Source of the DNA: Patescibacteria group bacterium | GTDB taxonomy: Bacteria; Patescibacteriota; Patescibacteriia; UBA9934 | DNA: 63,377 bases | Reading direction: 5' to 3' | NCBI GenBank assembly: GCA_041666205.1 | Contig: JBAYHI010000006.1 | Location: 1-63,377 of the forward strand | Shown here: piece after piece, positions 56,658 through 63,377 of the stretch | How the letters are laid out: the number at the start of each line of letters is the position of its first letter | Position numbering within the stretch: position 1 is the stretch's first letter | Program-made: the position numbers and the translations under genes | The notes under the pieces: generated by a model | Database searches by the model: none | Seen by the model: the letters and a program-made list of their open reading frames with translations, nothing else | What the model was told of the DNA's origin: nothing

Positions 56658-57080
56658 TCAGAACGTGATGTTCTCGCAGACGACGCCCTGCTCCTGCAGA
56701 TACGTGCGGAGCCCGTTCTTGAACTCCACGAACTCGGAGAGCGGGACCTTGGAGACCACGAGAATCGTGCGCATGTCTCCGACGAAGATGCGACACAGAG
56801 CGTCTCCCGGGACGAACAGACGGTCGGGGTTTTCGAACTTGGGCATATCTGATCCCAAGAAAAAACTCGAGCCGCCGTCGCACAGAGTGACGATTGCCTT
56901 GATGTCCTCTACGCGACCCATCCACCCGCCCAGAGATCCCCACGCCTGCGGCCCACACAGGCACAACACCCCATCGATGCGGAGTGCCTGGATCTTCTCC
57001 ATGAACACAAAGATGAGCGGGATACGCGTGGGATGAACGCTCACAAAGAACACGTGTCCAACAGTGAATCCGATCGGCAT
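56658..57080 (-). CDS. G+C-rich hypothetical protein E1 (140 aa)
   Basis: GAGGAGG lies 5 nt before the ATG at 57080. MPIGFTVGHVFFVSVHPTRIPLIF... No family recognised. Confidence 0.6.
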   Translation of the reverse strand: MPIGFTVGHVFFVSVHPTRIPLIFVFMEKIQALRIDGVLCLCGPQAWGSLGGWMGRVEDIKAIVTLCDGGSSFFLGSDMPKFENPDRLFVPGDALCRIFVGDMRTILVVSKVPLSEFVEFKNGLRTYLQEQGVVCENITF

Positions 57081-57117
57081 GATCGCCTCCTCGAGGAACG
57101 GTTTGCACGACGGAATT

Positions 57118-57146
57118 ATCCTAGGCGATTCGAGTCGATTTTGCAA
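57118..57146 (-). promoter_or_regulatory. promoter of E1
   Basis: TTGCAAAATCGaCtcGAATcgccTAGGATAA (TTGCAA, 17 nt, TAGGAT). Confidence 0.55.
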
Positions 57147-57150
57147 CCCA

Positions 57151-57178
57151 AAACAAAACACCCGCCCTTGCGAGCGGA
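57151..57178 (-). terminator. terminator after rplL
   Basis: ccgctc-GCAA-gggcgg followed by gtgTTTTGTTTT. Confidence 0.55.
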
Positions 57179-57197
57179 TGCTTTATTTTTCGAACAC

Positions 57198-57599
57198 TTA
57201 TTTTACGCTGACGGTTGCACCGGCTTCCTCGAGTTTCTTTTTCATTTCGTCTGCTTCTGCTTTGGAAACGCCTTCTTTGACGTTCTTTGGAGCAGCGTCG
57301 ACAATATCTTTTGCTTCCTTGAGACCAAGACCTGTGATTTCGCGCACAACTTTGATCACATTGATCTTTGCGCCACCAGCAGATGTGAGCTCAACGTTGA
57401 ACGCTGTTTGCTCTGCTTCCTCGGCTGCTGCGGCTGGAGCTGCTGCCATCATCATGGCTGGAGCTGCGGCGCTTACGCCGAATTTATCTTCAAGAATCTT
57501 TACGAGTTCTGCAAGGTCGAGCACAGACATCTTTTCGATGGTCTCAACCAAGCTCTGGAACTTTTCTGGGACTACGACGTCCTTTGTTTCGTCTGACAT
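57198..57599 (-). CDS. rplL: 50S ribosomal protein L7/L12
   Basis: Ala-rich hinge and C-terminal domain [24 protein letters not shown]...KKKLEEAGA. Confidence 0.95.
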   Translation of the reverse strand: MSDETKDVVVPEKFQSLVETIEKMSVLDLAELVKILEDKFGVSAAAPAMMMAAAPAAAAEEAEQTAFNVELTSAGGAKINVIKVVREITGLGLKEAKDIVDAAPKNVKEGVSKAEADEMKKKLEEAGATVSVK

Positions 57600-57608
57600 A
57601 GAAATAAT

Positions 57609-58133
57609 TTATGTTGTTTTTTGATCTTTAATGGCAGTAAGCGCTGTAACAAGGCCACGCAAGTTGCCGGAAAGTACGTGAACGAATCCGGAAATTGGGG
57701 CATTGAGGCTTCCAACCATGCGGCCAAGCAATTCTTCCTTGGTAGGAAGCATCGCCAGTTGATTGACCATCTCTGCGGAAATCACCTTTCCTTCAAGGAT
57801 TCCACCGACAAGCTTGAAGTTTTCATTCACCTTGGTGAATTCCTTCAAGGTTTTGGCAGCAGATACCTCGTCGTTGTAGGCAACGGCAGTGAGGATCGAA
57901 CCGTCGAAGTCTTCTGTGTTTACCGTAAAACCTGCTTGCTTTGCTGCGTGCCCAAGCAGGGTCTTTTTTGCAATGAAGATGTCCACATTCTTCTCTGCAG
58001 CTTTTCCGCGCAAAGCATTTGCCTGTTCCATGGTATACCCAGAAATCGAAGAAAAGGCAGCGGATTTCATGCGGGACATTTTTTCCGCAAGACGCGCCAC
58101 GATTTCTTTCTTTTGCTCTCGGGTCTTTGGCAT
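57609..58133 (-). CDS. rplJ: 50S ribosomal protein L10
   Basis: Sits upstream of rplL. Typical L10 N-terminus (KEIVARLAEKMSRMKSAAFSSISGYTMEQANALR). Confidence 0.9.
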   Translation of the reverse strand: MPKTREQKKEIVARLAEKMSRMKSAAFSSISGYTMEQANALRGKAAEKNVDIFIAKKTLLGHAAKQAGFTVNTEDFDGSILTAVAYNDEVSAAKTLKEFTKVNENFKLVGGILEGKVISAEMVNQLAMLPTKEELLGRMVGSLNAPISGFVHVLSGNLRGLVTALTAIKDQKTT

Positions 58134-58238
58134 AGAAAATAATAAATGCGGCCTATTGGGCCGCAGAATACAGGCAATTTCTTGCCTTTTGAACCTCGAT
58201 AGGACTTATGGTTGCCTATATTCTGCGGTTCAATGGTT
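58134..58238 (-). promoter_or_regulatory. rplJ 5' leader with a long hairpin (L10-leader-like autoregulatory element)
   Basis: 17-bp pairing of 58161-58177 with 58212-58228, plus the hairpin gcggcc-tattg-ggccgc. Position is equivalent to the L10 leader. Confidence 0.45.
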
Positions 58239-58244
58239 GGCAAT

Positions 58245-58273
58245 AGAATACCTGAAGCCCCTATTCGTGTCAA
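58245..58273 (-). promoter_or_regulatory. rplJ promoter
   Basis: TTGACA, 17 nt, TATTCT. Confidence 0.55.
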
Positions 58274-58283
58274 GAATCCATAT

Positions 58284-58323
58284 AAAAAAGGAGGGACGCA
58301 CTGATTCGAGCTCAGCACGTCCC
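58284..58323 (-). terminator. strong intrinsic terminator of unit F
   Basis: gggacg-tg-ctga...tcag-tg-cgtccc followed by TCCTTTTTT on the minus strand. Confidence 0.65.
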
Positions 58324-58731
58324 AAGGTTGGGCTGGTCACACAATTGTCTCTTATAGGTTAGGGGACTTCCGCGTTCCCATCCTCGAAAAGACCTTTTTA
58401 AGCCCGAAAAACCCACGGAGGTTTGCAATGAGCGATTTCTTTACGTCCTCACTCATCAAAGGGGTCCCTCCTCATATGCTCCTGGTTCGCACGAGCGCTG
58501 ACCTTCTCATGCGACATATGGGGTCCAACTGCTCCAGTGTGCCCTTACACCCCGGGGGTGACCAACCCACAAGGTAGAGCAGTCGTATCTCGGCGCCCGG
58601 CACGAGCCGAACATCTTGGTCAGTTTCTGTACGTTGTTGATCTGAAGCGAAAGGATCGAACCAGGAAAAAAATCCTTCCACAAAACCTACTCGAATCCAC
58701 TTGGAAAGCGCATTGAGCACCTCGCAGAGGA
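58324..58731 (-). ncRNA. candidate ~440-nt G+C-rich RNA (unit F), family unknown
   Basis: Bounded by the promoter at 58738-58766 and the terminator at 58284-58323. The only minus-strand ORF (82 aa, GTG, no SD) is unconvincing. Internal pairs ACTGCTC/GAGCAGT and GTGT..ACAC. Confidence 0.35.
58428..58577 (+). CDS. 49-aa ORF antisense to unit F (speculative)
   Basis: GGAGG lies 6 nt before the ATG. MSDFFTSSLIKGVPPHMLLVRTSADLLMRHMGSNCSSVPLHPGGDQPTR. No clear promoter or terminator. Confidence 0.2.
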   Translation: MSDFFTSSLIKGVPPHMLLVRTSADLLMRHMGSNCSSVPLHPGGDQPTR

Positions 58732-58737
58732 CGAAAA

Positions 58738-58766
58738 AGAATAGCAGATTTTTTTAAAATAGTCAA
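58738..58766 (-). promoter_or_regulatory. promoter of unit F
   Basis: TTGACT, 17 nt, TATTCT. Confidence 0.55.
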
Positions 58767-58781
58767 TGGGATATCCTAAAT

Positions 58782-58813
58782 AAAAAAGGGCAGACGCATG
58801 GGTCTGCCCGTAC
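58782..58813 (-). terminator. terminator of the 58826-59419 gene, built from a class-2 REP-like palindrome
   Basis: GGGCAGAC-gcatgg-GTCTGCCCGTAC on the plus strand. The minus strand has TTTTTT after the stem. Confidence 0.6.
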
Positions 58814-58825
58814 AAAATTCCTTGA

Positions 58826-59419
58826 TTATTCCGTGGTCGTATCTGTCGTCGTGTCTGTCGTTGAAGTATCAATTGTCGTATCGATCGTTGATTCCTCATC
58901 GCTTGGCACGTCTTCCGGATTCAAGCTGAAAAATCCAACTTTCCATTCCCCATCTTCTTTGATGAGCTGCACCGTGATTGGAGTTGTTTCTGTGGCAGAT
59001 TCCATCGTGCCACTCACCACCATCACATCGTCTGACATCCCGCGGTACGTAAATTCAACCGAGGTCATCTCATCGAGCACTGGGTAGCTTTCTGTGAAGA
59101 GTTGTAACCCCTCAACCGTGGCAACACCCTTAAAATCCGTTGATGTGATTTCGTAGGCACCGTTATAATCCCCCGCTGCTGTGAGCGTCAAAAAGGATTC
59201 AGCGGCTTTGGCTGGACCTGCGGTGCTTGAGAACAAGAAATAGACAAACGCAATTGCCGGCAATACCACCAAAAGGACCAAAATGCCGACCACGAGACCA
59301 ATAATTTTCATGGTCTTTTTCTTTTTTGGCGTAGCATCTACCTGAACAGCTTCTGGCGCTGGAGTCATTACTGGCTCTGGAACCGAGGCGGGAACTTCGA
59401 TCTTCTCTTCATTCTCCAT
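58826..59419 (-). CDS. membrane-anchored protein with a small extracytoplasmic domain and a Thr/Asp-rich tail
   Basis: Single TM segment (IIGLVVGILVLLVVLPAIAFVYFLF), about 110-aa domain, C-terminal TTIDTSTTDTTTDTTTE. Confidence 0.5.
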   Translation of the reverse strand: MENEEKIEVPASVPEPVMTPAPEAVQVDATPKKKKTMKIIGLVVGILVLLVVLPAIAFVYFLFSSTAGPAKAAESFLTLTAAGDYNGAYEITSTDFKGVATVEGLQLFTESYPVLDEMTSVEFTYRGMSDDVMVVSGTMESATETTPITVQLIKEDGEWKVGFFSLNPEDVPSDEESTIDTTIDTSTTDTTTDTTTE

Positions 59420-59445
59420 AAAAATTTTTAATGACGAAATAAACG

Positions 59446-60153
59446 TTATGTTATGAGGGTGCCTGTAAATGATTTGCCTGTCAATGCGCGTCGCAAATTG
59501 CGCATTTTTTTCCCATGCAAAATCGCAACGTGCATCTTGTGTTCATCGCAAAACTTCGATGCAACCGGGTCAAAGGGCGCGGAAAGTCCAGGATCCCAAA
59601 TATCCCCAACCATGTTTCGATACGCGCTCCAGGATAACTCTTTCAGTGGTTCCGCATTCTTATCCAGACGCGGGTCAGCGCTGTAGACGTATTCAATATT
59701 TGAAAGATTGATAATGGTTTTTGCACCAACGGTTTCTGCCAGTCGGGTTGCCACATAATCTGTTGACCACCCCGGCTTCCACCCAGCTGCCACCAAAATT
59801 GGCTCTTTCCATGAATCTGGAACCTGCGTTGGATTTTTTACAACCACTGGATGCGCTGCACCACGAAATACGGTGCGCAAAAGATGAGCATTGAGGCGCG
59901 TCGCATGAATCCCCAACCAATCTAGGTCTTCCGCATCGATGCCGCTGATCTTTTTTGCTGCGTCAATGTAATGACGTGCAGTTTTTCCTCCTCCGGCGAC
60001 TAAAATGAATCGACGATTTTTCTTGAGGAGCAATGTGATGAGATGATGCAATTTTTTGAGAAACCGTGCGTCCGGTCCGCCATTTGGGACAATGAGTGAT
60101 CCTCCTACGGAAAGAATGATCGGATCCTTTGCATCAAGTTCAATCACTGGCAT
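59446..60153 (-). CDS. pyrH: UMP kinase, archaeal type
   Basis: ILSVGGSLIVPNGGPDARFLKKL...LVAGGGKTARHYIDAAKK...GIHATRLNAHLL parallels the Pyrococcus-type UMPK N-terminus as I recall it. Confidence 0.65.
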   Translation of the reverse strand: MPVIELDAKDPIILSVGGSLIVPNGGPDARFLKKLHHLITLLLKKNRRFILVAGGGKTARHYIDAAKKISGIDAEDLDWLGIHATRLNAHLLRTVFRGAAHPVVVKNPTQVPDSWKEPILVAAGWKPGWSTDYVATRLAETVGAKTIINLSNIEYVYSADPRLDKNAEPLKELSWSAYRNMVGDIWDPGLSAPFDPVASKFCDEHKMHVAILHGKKMRNLRRALTGKSFTGTLIT

Positions 60154-60156
60154 AGG

Positions 60157-60507
60157 CTATTCTTTTTCCGTTGCTCCAATGAGCTTATTGGTGAGGAAGC
60201 TCACAGCCCAAAGCACAATCGCCGCGGCAAGGGCGGTCCAAAAATCCGCAATACGGAATCCTTCCAAAATATAACTCGCAAACCACAATAAACCAGCATT
60301 AATCACGAACGTGAACAAGCCGAGGGTCAGAATCGTTACAGGGAGCGTGAGCACAACCAGAATTGGACGAATAACTGCATTCAGGAGTCCAATCACGAGT
60401 GCGGCAATGAGTGCCCAGGTAAATGAATCAACTTGGAATCCTCGCAAAATTTGCGTAAGAGCCAAGAGCGCAAGCGCATTAATAAACCAACGCAAAAGTA
60501 ATTTCAT
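60157..60507 (-). CDS. YvlD/DUF360 (holin family IV-like) membrane protein
   Basis: LLNAVIRPILVVLTLPVTILTLGLFTFVINA is the typical core of this family. Confidence 0.55.
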   Translation of the reverse strand: MKLLLRWFINALALLALTQILRGFQVDSFTWALIAALVIGLLNAVIRPILVVLTLPVTILTLGLFTFVINAGLLWFASYILEGFRIADFWTALAAAIVLWAVSFLTNKLIGATEKE

Positions 60508-60508
60508 A

Positions 60509-60721
60509 CTATTCCTCGATTAGTTGTTGATATTTTTTCTTAAGCTCCGTGACTTTATTTTCGACTTCCGCAAGACGTGCCTTGCAAAGCGAGGCAAGTT
60601 CAAGCCCACGCTCGAACTTTTTGATTCCCTCTTCTACGTCGACCTCTTCGGTTTCAAACCACTGCGTGAGGTTTTCGAGTTCTGCAAAATTTTCTGCAAA
60701 ATTGGATTGTTTTTTTGTCAT
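60509..60721 (-). CDS. xseB: exodeoxyribonuclease VII small subunit
   Basis: 70-aa helical protein (FAENFAELENLTQWFE...GIKKFERGLELASLCKARL), ATGA-coupled to xseA. Confidence 0.8.
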   Translation of the reverse strand: MTKKQSNFAENFAELENLTQWFETEEVDVEEGIKKFERGLELASLCKARLAEVENKVTELKKKYQQLIEE

Positions 60722-61989
60722 AATAATTTTTCTTGAGCCCCGTGCACCACATCCGCGCTCACGTCGCCGTGCGCAAATTGTATCGCGATTCGGTCCCCCG
60801 GAGCAAGCGCATCGCCTGCGCGAATAATCTTATTTTTCATGCGCACCAAACTGAATCCGCGTTGCAGCACGCGCTCGACACGAAAACTCTCCAAGAGATG
60901 CGTGCGCGAACTTAAGCGATCCATAATCGTGCGCGTTCTCAACGACATCTGCAGGGCAAGATAGCGTGCATGTTTTTGCGTTTCCACCTTTTTCTGATTG
61001 ACGGACGATAAAAACCGTTCACTCACGCCCAAGAACTGACCAATCGCCATATTGGTCATGTGAACGTGGCGATCGATAAATTGTCGAAGCACCAGGACCG
61101 CATGCTCGGCCGAACGATTCTTTGCCTCAACGCCCATTTGAACACGGTGGTACATGCGCTCGAGATGCATTTCAAGCTCGCGGTGAATTTCCCGGCGATC
61201 TGGAGTCACACGCTCGGCAGCATTACTTGGAGTTGAGGCACGCACATCAGCCACGAAATCGCAAAGCGATTCGTCGCGCTCGTGCCCTACGCCCACAATC
61301 ACCGGAATCGAACTGCGAAAAATCGCGCGCACCACATCTTCATCGTTGAATGCGTGTAAATCCTCCAGGCTTCCGCCACCGCGTGTAAGCACCAGCACCT
61401 GCGGTTTCTCTTGAGGCGGGAGTGATTCAAATTGCGCAAATGCCTGGGTAATGTCTTGCACAGCGGTTGAACCCTGTACAGCGACATTGGCGTGCAAAAT
61501 TTCGATTCCACCAAAGCGATTGCCAAGTACGCGCAAAAAATCGCCATAGGCCGCGGCGCCTTCGGACGTTATCAGTCCGATACGCTCTGGAAAACGTGGG
61601 AGTTGACGCTTACGAGAAACATCAAAAAGCCCTTCGTCTTCAAGTTTCTTTTTGAGCATGAGGTAGGCCTTCAAAAGCGCCCCTTCCCCAACCAGTTCGT
61701 ATTCTGAAATCGAAAATGAAAATTTCCCGAACTTCTCGTAGATATTTGGCCGCCCTCGCACCTGAATCTTCATGCCATCCTCCAGGGGCATCTTCATTTG
61801 ATAAACCGTCATGAAGCACGGAATCTTGGCGTCTGCATCCTGATCTTTGAGCGTGAAGTTGATCCACTTTTGCTGGCTCATGGAAAACTGCGACACTTCG
61901 CCAACCACAATAAGTTCGGTTGGGATCATTCCAAGCGTTTCATTGAGGACTTCAATATATTGAGAAACTGTGAGAATGCGTGGCTCCAT
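60718..61989 (-). CDS. xseA: exodeoxyribonuclease VII large subunit
   Basis: N-terminal OB fold (LTVSQYIEVLNETL...VVGEVSQFS) and catalytic core (GGGSLEDLHAFNDE, IGHERD). Start trimmed to MEPRILT (61989). Confidence 0.85.
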   Translation of the reverse strand: MEPRILTVSQYIEVLNETLGMIPTELIVVGEVSQFSMSQQKWINFTLKDQDADAKIPCFMTVYQMKMPLEDGMKIQVRGRPNIYEKFGKFSFSISEYELVGEGALLKAYLMLKKKLEDEGLFDVSRKRQLPRFPERIGLITSEGAAAYGDFLRVLGNRFGGIEILHANVAVQGSTAVQDITQAFAQFESLPPQEKPQVLVLTRGGGSLEDLHAFNDEDVVRAIFRSSIPVIVGVGHERDESLCDFVADVRASTPSNAAERVTPDRREIHRELEMHLERMYHRVQMGVEAKNRSAEHAVLVLRQFIDRHVHMTNMAIGQFLGVSERFLSSVNQKKVETQKHARYLALQMSLRTRTIMDRLSSRTHLLESFRVERVLQRGFSLVRMKNKIIRAGDALAPGDRIAIQFAHGDVSADVVHGAQEKLL

Positions 61990-62008
61990 GGAACTCCATG
62001 ATAACACC

Positions 62009-62058
62009 GTACGGGCATGGCTTGCCATGCCCGTACAGAAGCGCATGCCATGCCCTAC
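62009..62058. repeat. class-2 REP, one full and one half copy, in the queA-xseA spacer
   Basis: GTACGGGCATGGCttGCCATGCCCGTAC then agaagcGCATGCCATGCCCTAC. The last 4 nt overlap the queA stop. Confidence 0.8.
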
Positions 62059-63095
62059 TCGATGAACATCGCGTCGCCAAACGAGAAAAATCGATAACCC
62101 TGGGATTTAGCCTCTTCGTAGGCGTGGAAGACAGGCTCGCGCCCGGCAAATGCTGAGACAAGCATGAGAAGCGTTGATTTTGGCAAATGAAAATTCGTAA
62201 GCATTGCGTCCACGACTTCAAACTGAAAACCTGGAGTGATAAACAAATTCAAATCCCCAGCAAACCCGTTTTCGAAGTTCTCCCAATCGCCCAACTTCTT
62301 CTTGGCGCCTTCGAGCGTGCGCACACTCGTGGTGCCAACCGCGATGATGCGACGTCCTTCTTTTTTTGCTGAACAAATTTTGTGTGCAACCTCGGGCGTG
62401 ATCTCGGCCCATTCGCTATGCATGACATGATCTTCGATGAATTCAACCTTCACGGGCTGAAATGTGCCCAAGCCTACGTGCAAGGTGATGTACTCGATTT
62501 GCACGCCCATTGTTTGAAGCTCCGCGAGCAATTCCTTGGTGAAATGGAACCCGGCGGTCGGCGCGGCCACCGAACCGGTGTGCTTGGCAAATGCCGTTTG
62601 ATAGGAGTCAAAAAGCTCCTTTTTTGCCTCTATATAAGGAGGAAGGGGCATTTCACCGTATTTTTCGCAATAGCCAAGCACACCCGCGTGATTGAAATTG
62701 AATCGCAAACGCGTGACACCGGCGTCTTCCAGCGCCTCGATTTGCGCGGTGAGATCACTACCAAAATCCAATGTCATTCCAACGCTCAGGCCGCGCCGAC
62801 CGCCAATCAGCGCTTCCCAAATTCCATTCTGCTCGCGCAAAAGAAAAACCTCGACATCGCGCTCTTTTTCTACGGCGCGAGCATGAAGTCGCGCTCGAAA
62901 AACTTTTGTTTCATTCAAAACTAGCACGTCGCCAGCTTTCAAAATCTTTGGTAAATAAAATATGTGTTCATGGTTTATCTCCCCCGTTTGCCGATCGAGC
63001 ACCAACAATTTTGCGCTCTCGCGAGGTTCAGCCGGCGCTTGAGCAATAAACGATTTTGGAAGGTCGTAATCAAATTGAGAGATAGGTGTCTTCAT
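62055..63095 (-). CDS. queA: S-adenosylmethionine:tRNA ribosyltransferase-isomerase
   Basis: FDYDLPKSFIAQAPAEPRESAKLLV, VAAPTAGFHFT, GTTSVRTLE. Start trimmed to MKTPISQ (63095). Confidence 0.9.
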   Translation of the reverse strand: MKTPISQFDYDLPKSFIAQAPAEPRESAKLLVLDRQTGEINHEHIFYLPKILKAGDVLVLNETKVFRARLHARAVEKERDVEVFLLREQNGIWEALIGGRRGLSVGMTLDFGSDLTAQIEALEDAGVTRLRFNFNHAGVLGYCEKYGEMPLPPYIEAKKELFDSYQTAFAKHTGSVAAPTAGFHFTKELLAELQTMGVQIEYITLHVGLGTFQPVKVEFIEDHVMHSEWAEITPEVAHKICSAKKEGRRIIAVGTTSVRTLEGAKKKLGDWENFENGFAGDLNLFITPGFQFEVVDAMLTNFHLPKSTLLMLVSAFAGREPVFHAYEEAKSQGYRFFSFGDAMFIE

Positions 63096-63331
63096 AAAAA
63101 GGTTGTGGCGCGCCAACCGAGGGGGGTGGCGCGCCGAGTGAGAGTGAGGTCGGTAAAAAGTAACCGGAGTGATGGAGATGAACGGGCACATCCGGTCAGA
63201 GTGTCGGTTCCCAGGCCGACGTACACCCGCACGATGCGAATCGGTTCCCAGGCCGAAACCTCGTTTCCATTGTACGAGCCAGCCAGTCGTGGCCGGCTCC
63301 ATCCGAGCTCCCCAGCCCGGACTCGCAGGAT
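63096..63331 (-). promoter_or_regulatory. ~235-nt G+C-rich structured 5' leader of queA (riboswitch/attenuator candidate)
   Basis: No promoter fits between the 9-bp hairpin GGCGCGCCA/TGGCGCGCC (63107-63135, followed by acaaccTTTTT-ATG) and the start codon. Contains two copies of tcggcctgggaaccga and several other hairpins. Confidence 0.35.
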
Positions 63332-63360
63332 ATTACAAACCAAAAAAGACCGGACGTCAA
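63332..63360 (-). promoter_or_regulatory. promoter of the queA leader
   Basis: TTGACG, 17 nt, TGTAAT (alternatively TAATAT with a 19-nt spacer). Confidence 0.4.
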
Positions 63361-63377
63361 GGAAAAAATTTATTTCG

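Noticed and set aside
56143-57108. 321-aa ORF in the track spanning both E cassettes.
   Set aside because: It is a run-on frame in stop-poor G+C-rich DNA. It crosses a terminator hairpin and a promoter. Only its last 136 codons (from the SD-led ATG at 56553) are credible. The upstream half is out of frame with the SD-led E1 ORF (56658-57080).
58324-58731. RNase P RNA or tmRNA identity for unit F (size ~440 nt; GGAAGTCC at about 58362-58369; GGTTCGATCC string).
   Set aside because: GGAAGTCC lies near the 3' end instead of the 5' third. The 5' and 3' ends are not complementary (no P1). The GGTTCGATCC string cannot be folded into a T-arm, and there is no CCA-acceptor mimic. Left as an unknown RNA candidate.
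60157-60507. A holin family IV-like membrane protein as a hint of a prophage.
   Set aside because: There are no phage structural, integrase, lysin or terminase genes nearby. The YvlD/DUF360 family is widespread as a chromosomal membrane protein.
63092-63343. 83-aa ORF whose TGA overlaps the queA ATG, and the 69-aa N-terminal extension of queA in the track.
   Set aside because: The only in-frame starts lie inside the promoter or lack an SD. The duplicated 16-nt element is read in different frames. QueA homologues start at MK..F.Y.LP. Both are interpreted as parts of a non-coding leader.

Overview
63.4 kb chromosomal segment, coded almost entirely on the minus strand. Gene content and style suggest a reduced-genome, CPR/Patescibacteria-like bacterium. 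That placement is an inference from archaeal-type PyrH and NadM, a minimal TsaB, a B12-dependent NrdJ with CobO, many small membrane proteins, and start codons without Shine-Dalgarno (SD) sequences. No similarity search could be run, so every product call rests on motifs read in the ORF-track translations.

Housekeeping backbone: rpoD-dnaG, murF-ftsI, cobO-nrdJ, a PAP2-manC-mltG-DUF2207 operon, gpmI, mraZ-rsmH-ftsL, a contiguous uvrB-uvrA-uvrC operon, an ABC exporter, guaB, rplJ-rplL with its leader, pyrH, xseB-xseA, queA, tRNA-Ser(GGA) and tRNA-Gln(CTG). Several ORF-track starts are over-extended and were trimmed: queA, xseA, uvrA, uvrB, gpmI, mraZ, cobO, nadM, the AP-family gene and both transposase-like genes.

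Features not explained by the backbone:
1. Seven visibly G+C-rich inserts, each a self-contained unit bounded by a sigma70-like promoter and an intrinsic terminator. Four carry small SD-led ORFs: a lipoprotein, three Nudix-like paralogues, a two-gene pair with duplicated promoters, and a 63-aa ORF. The rest look like structured non-coding RNAs or leaders with no convincing ORF (29.7-30.3 kb, 42.7-43.1 kb, 58.3-58.7 kb, and the queA leader at 63.1-63.3 kb).
2. Two IS200-like HUH (RAYT-like) genes, each carrying copies of its own REP-type palindrome in frame. Matching palindromes are dispersed in intergenic regions.
3. Three copies of an ~85-bp nested-palindrome MITE-like repeat.
4. An 881-aa, highly charged protein built from four ~86-aa repeats of an unrecognised module.
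5. Reduced UvrA (no insertion domain) and UvrC (no HhH tail; it ends inside the terminator of a G+C-rich insert).

I found no CRISPR array, rRNA, prophage or recognisable defence genes.
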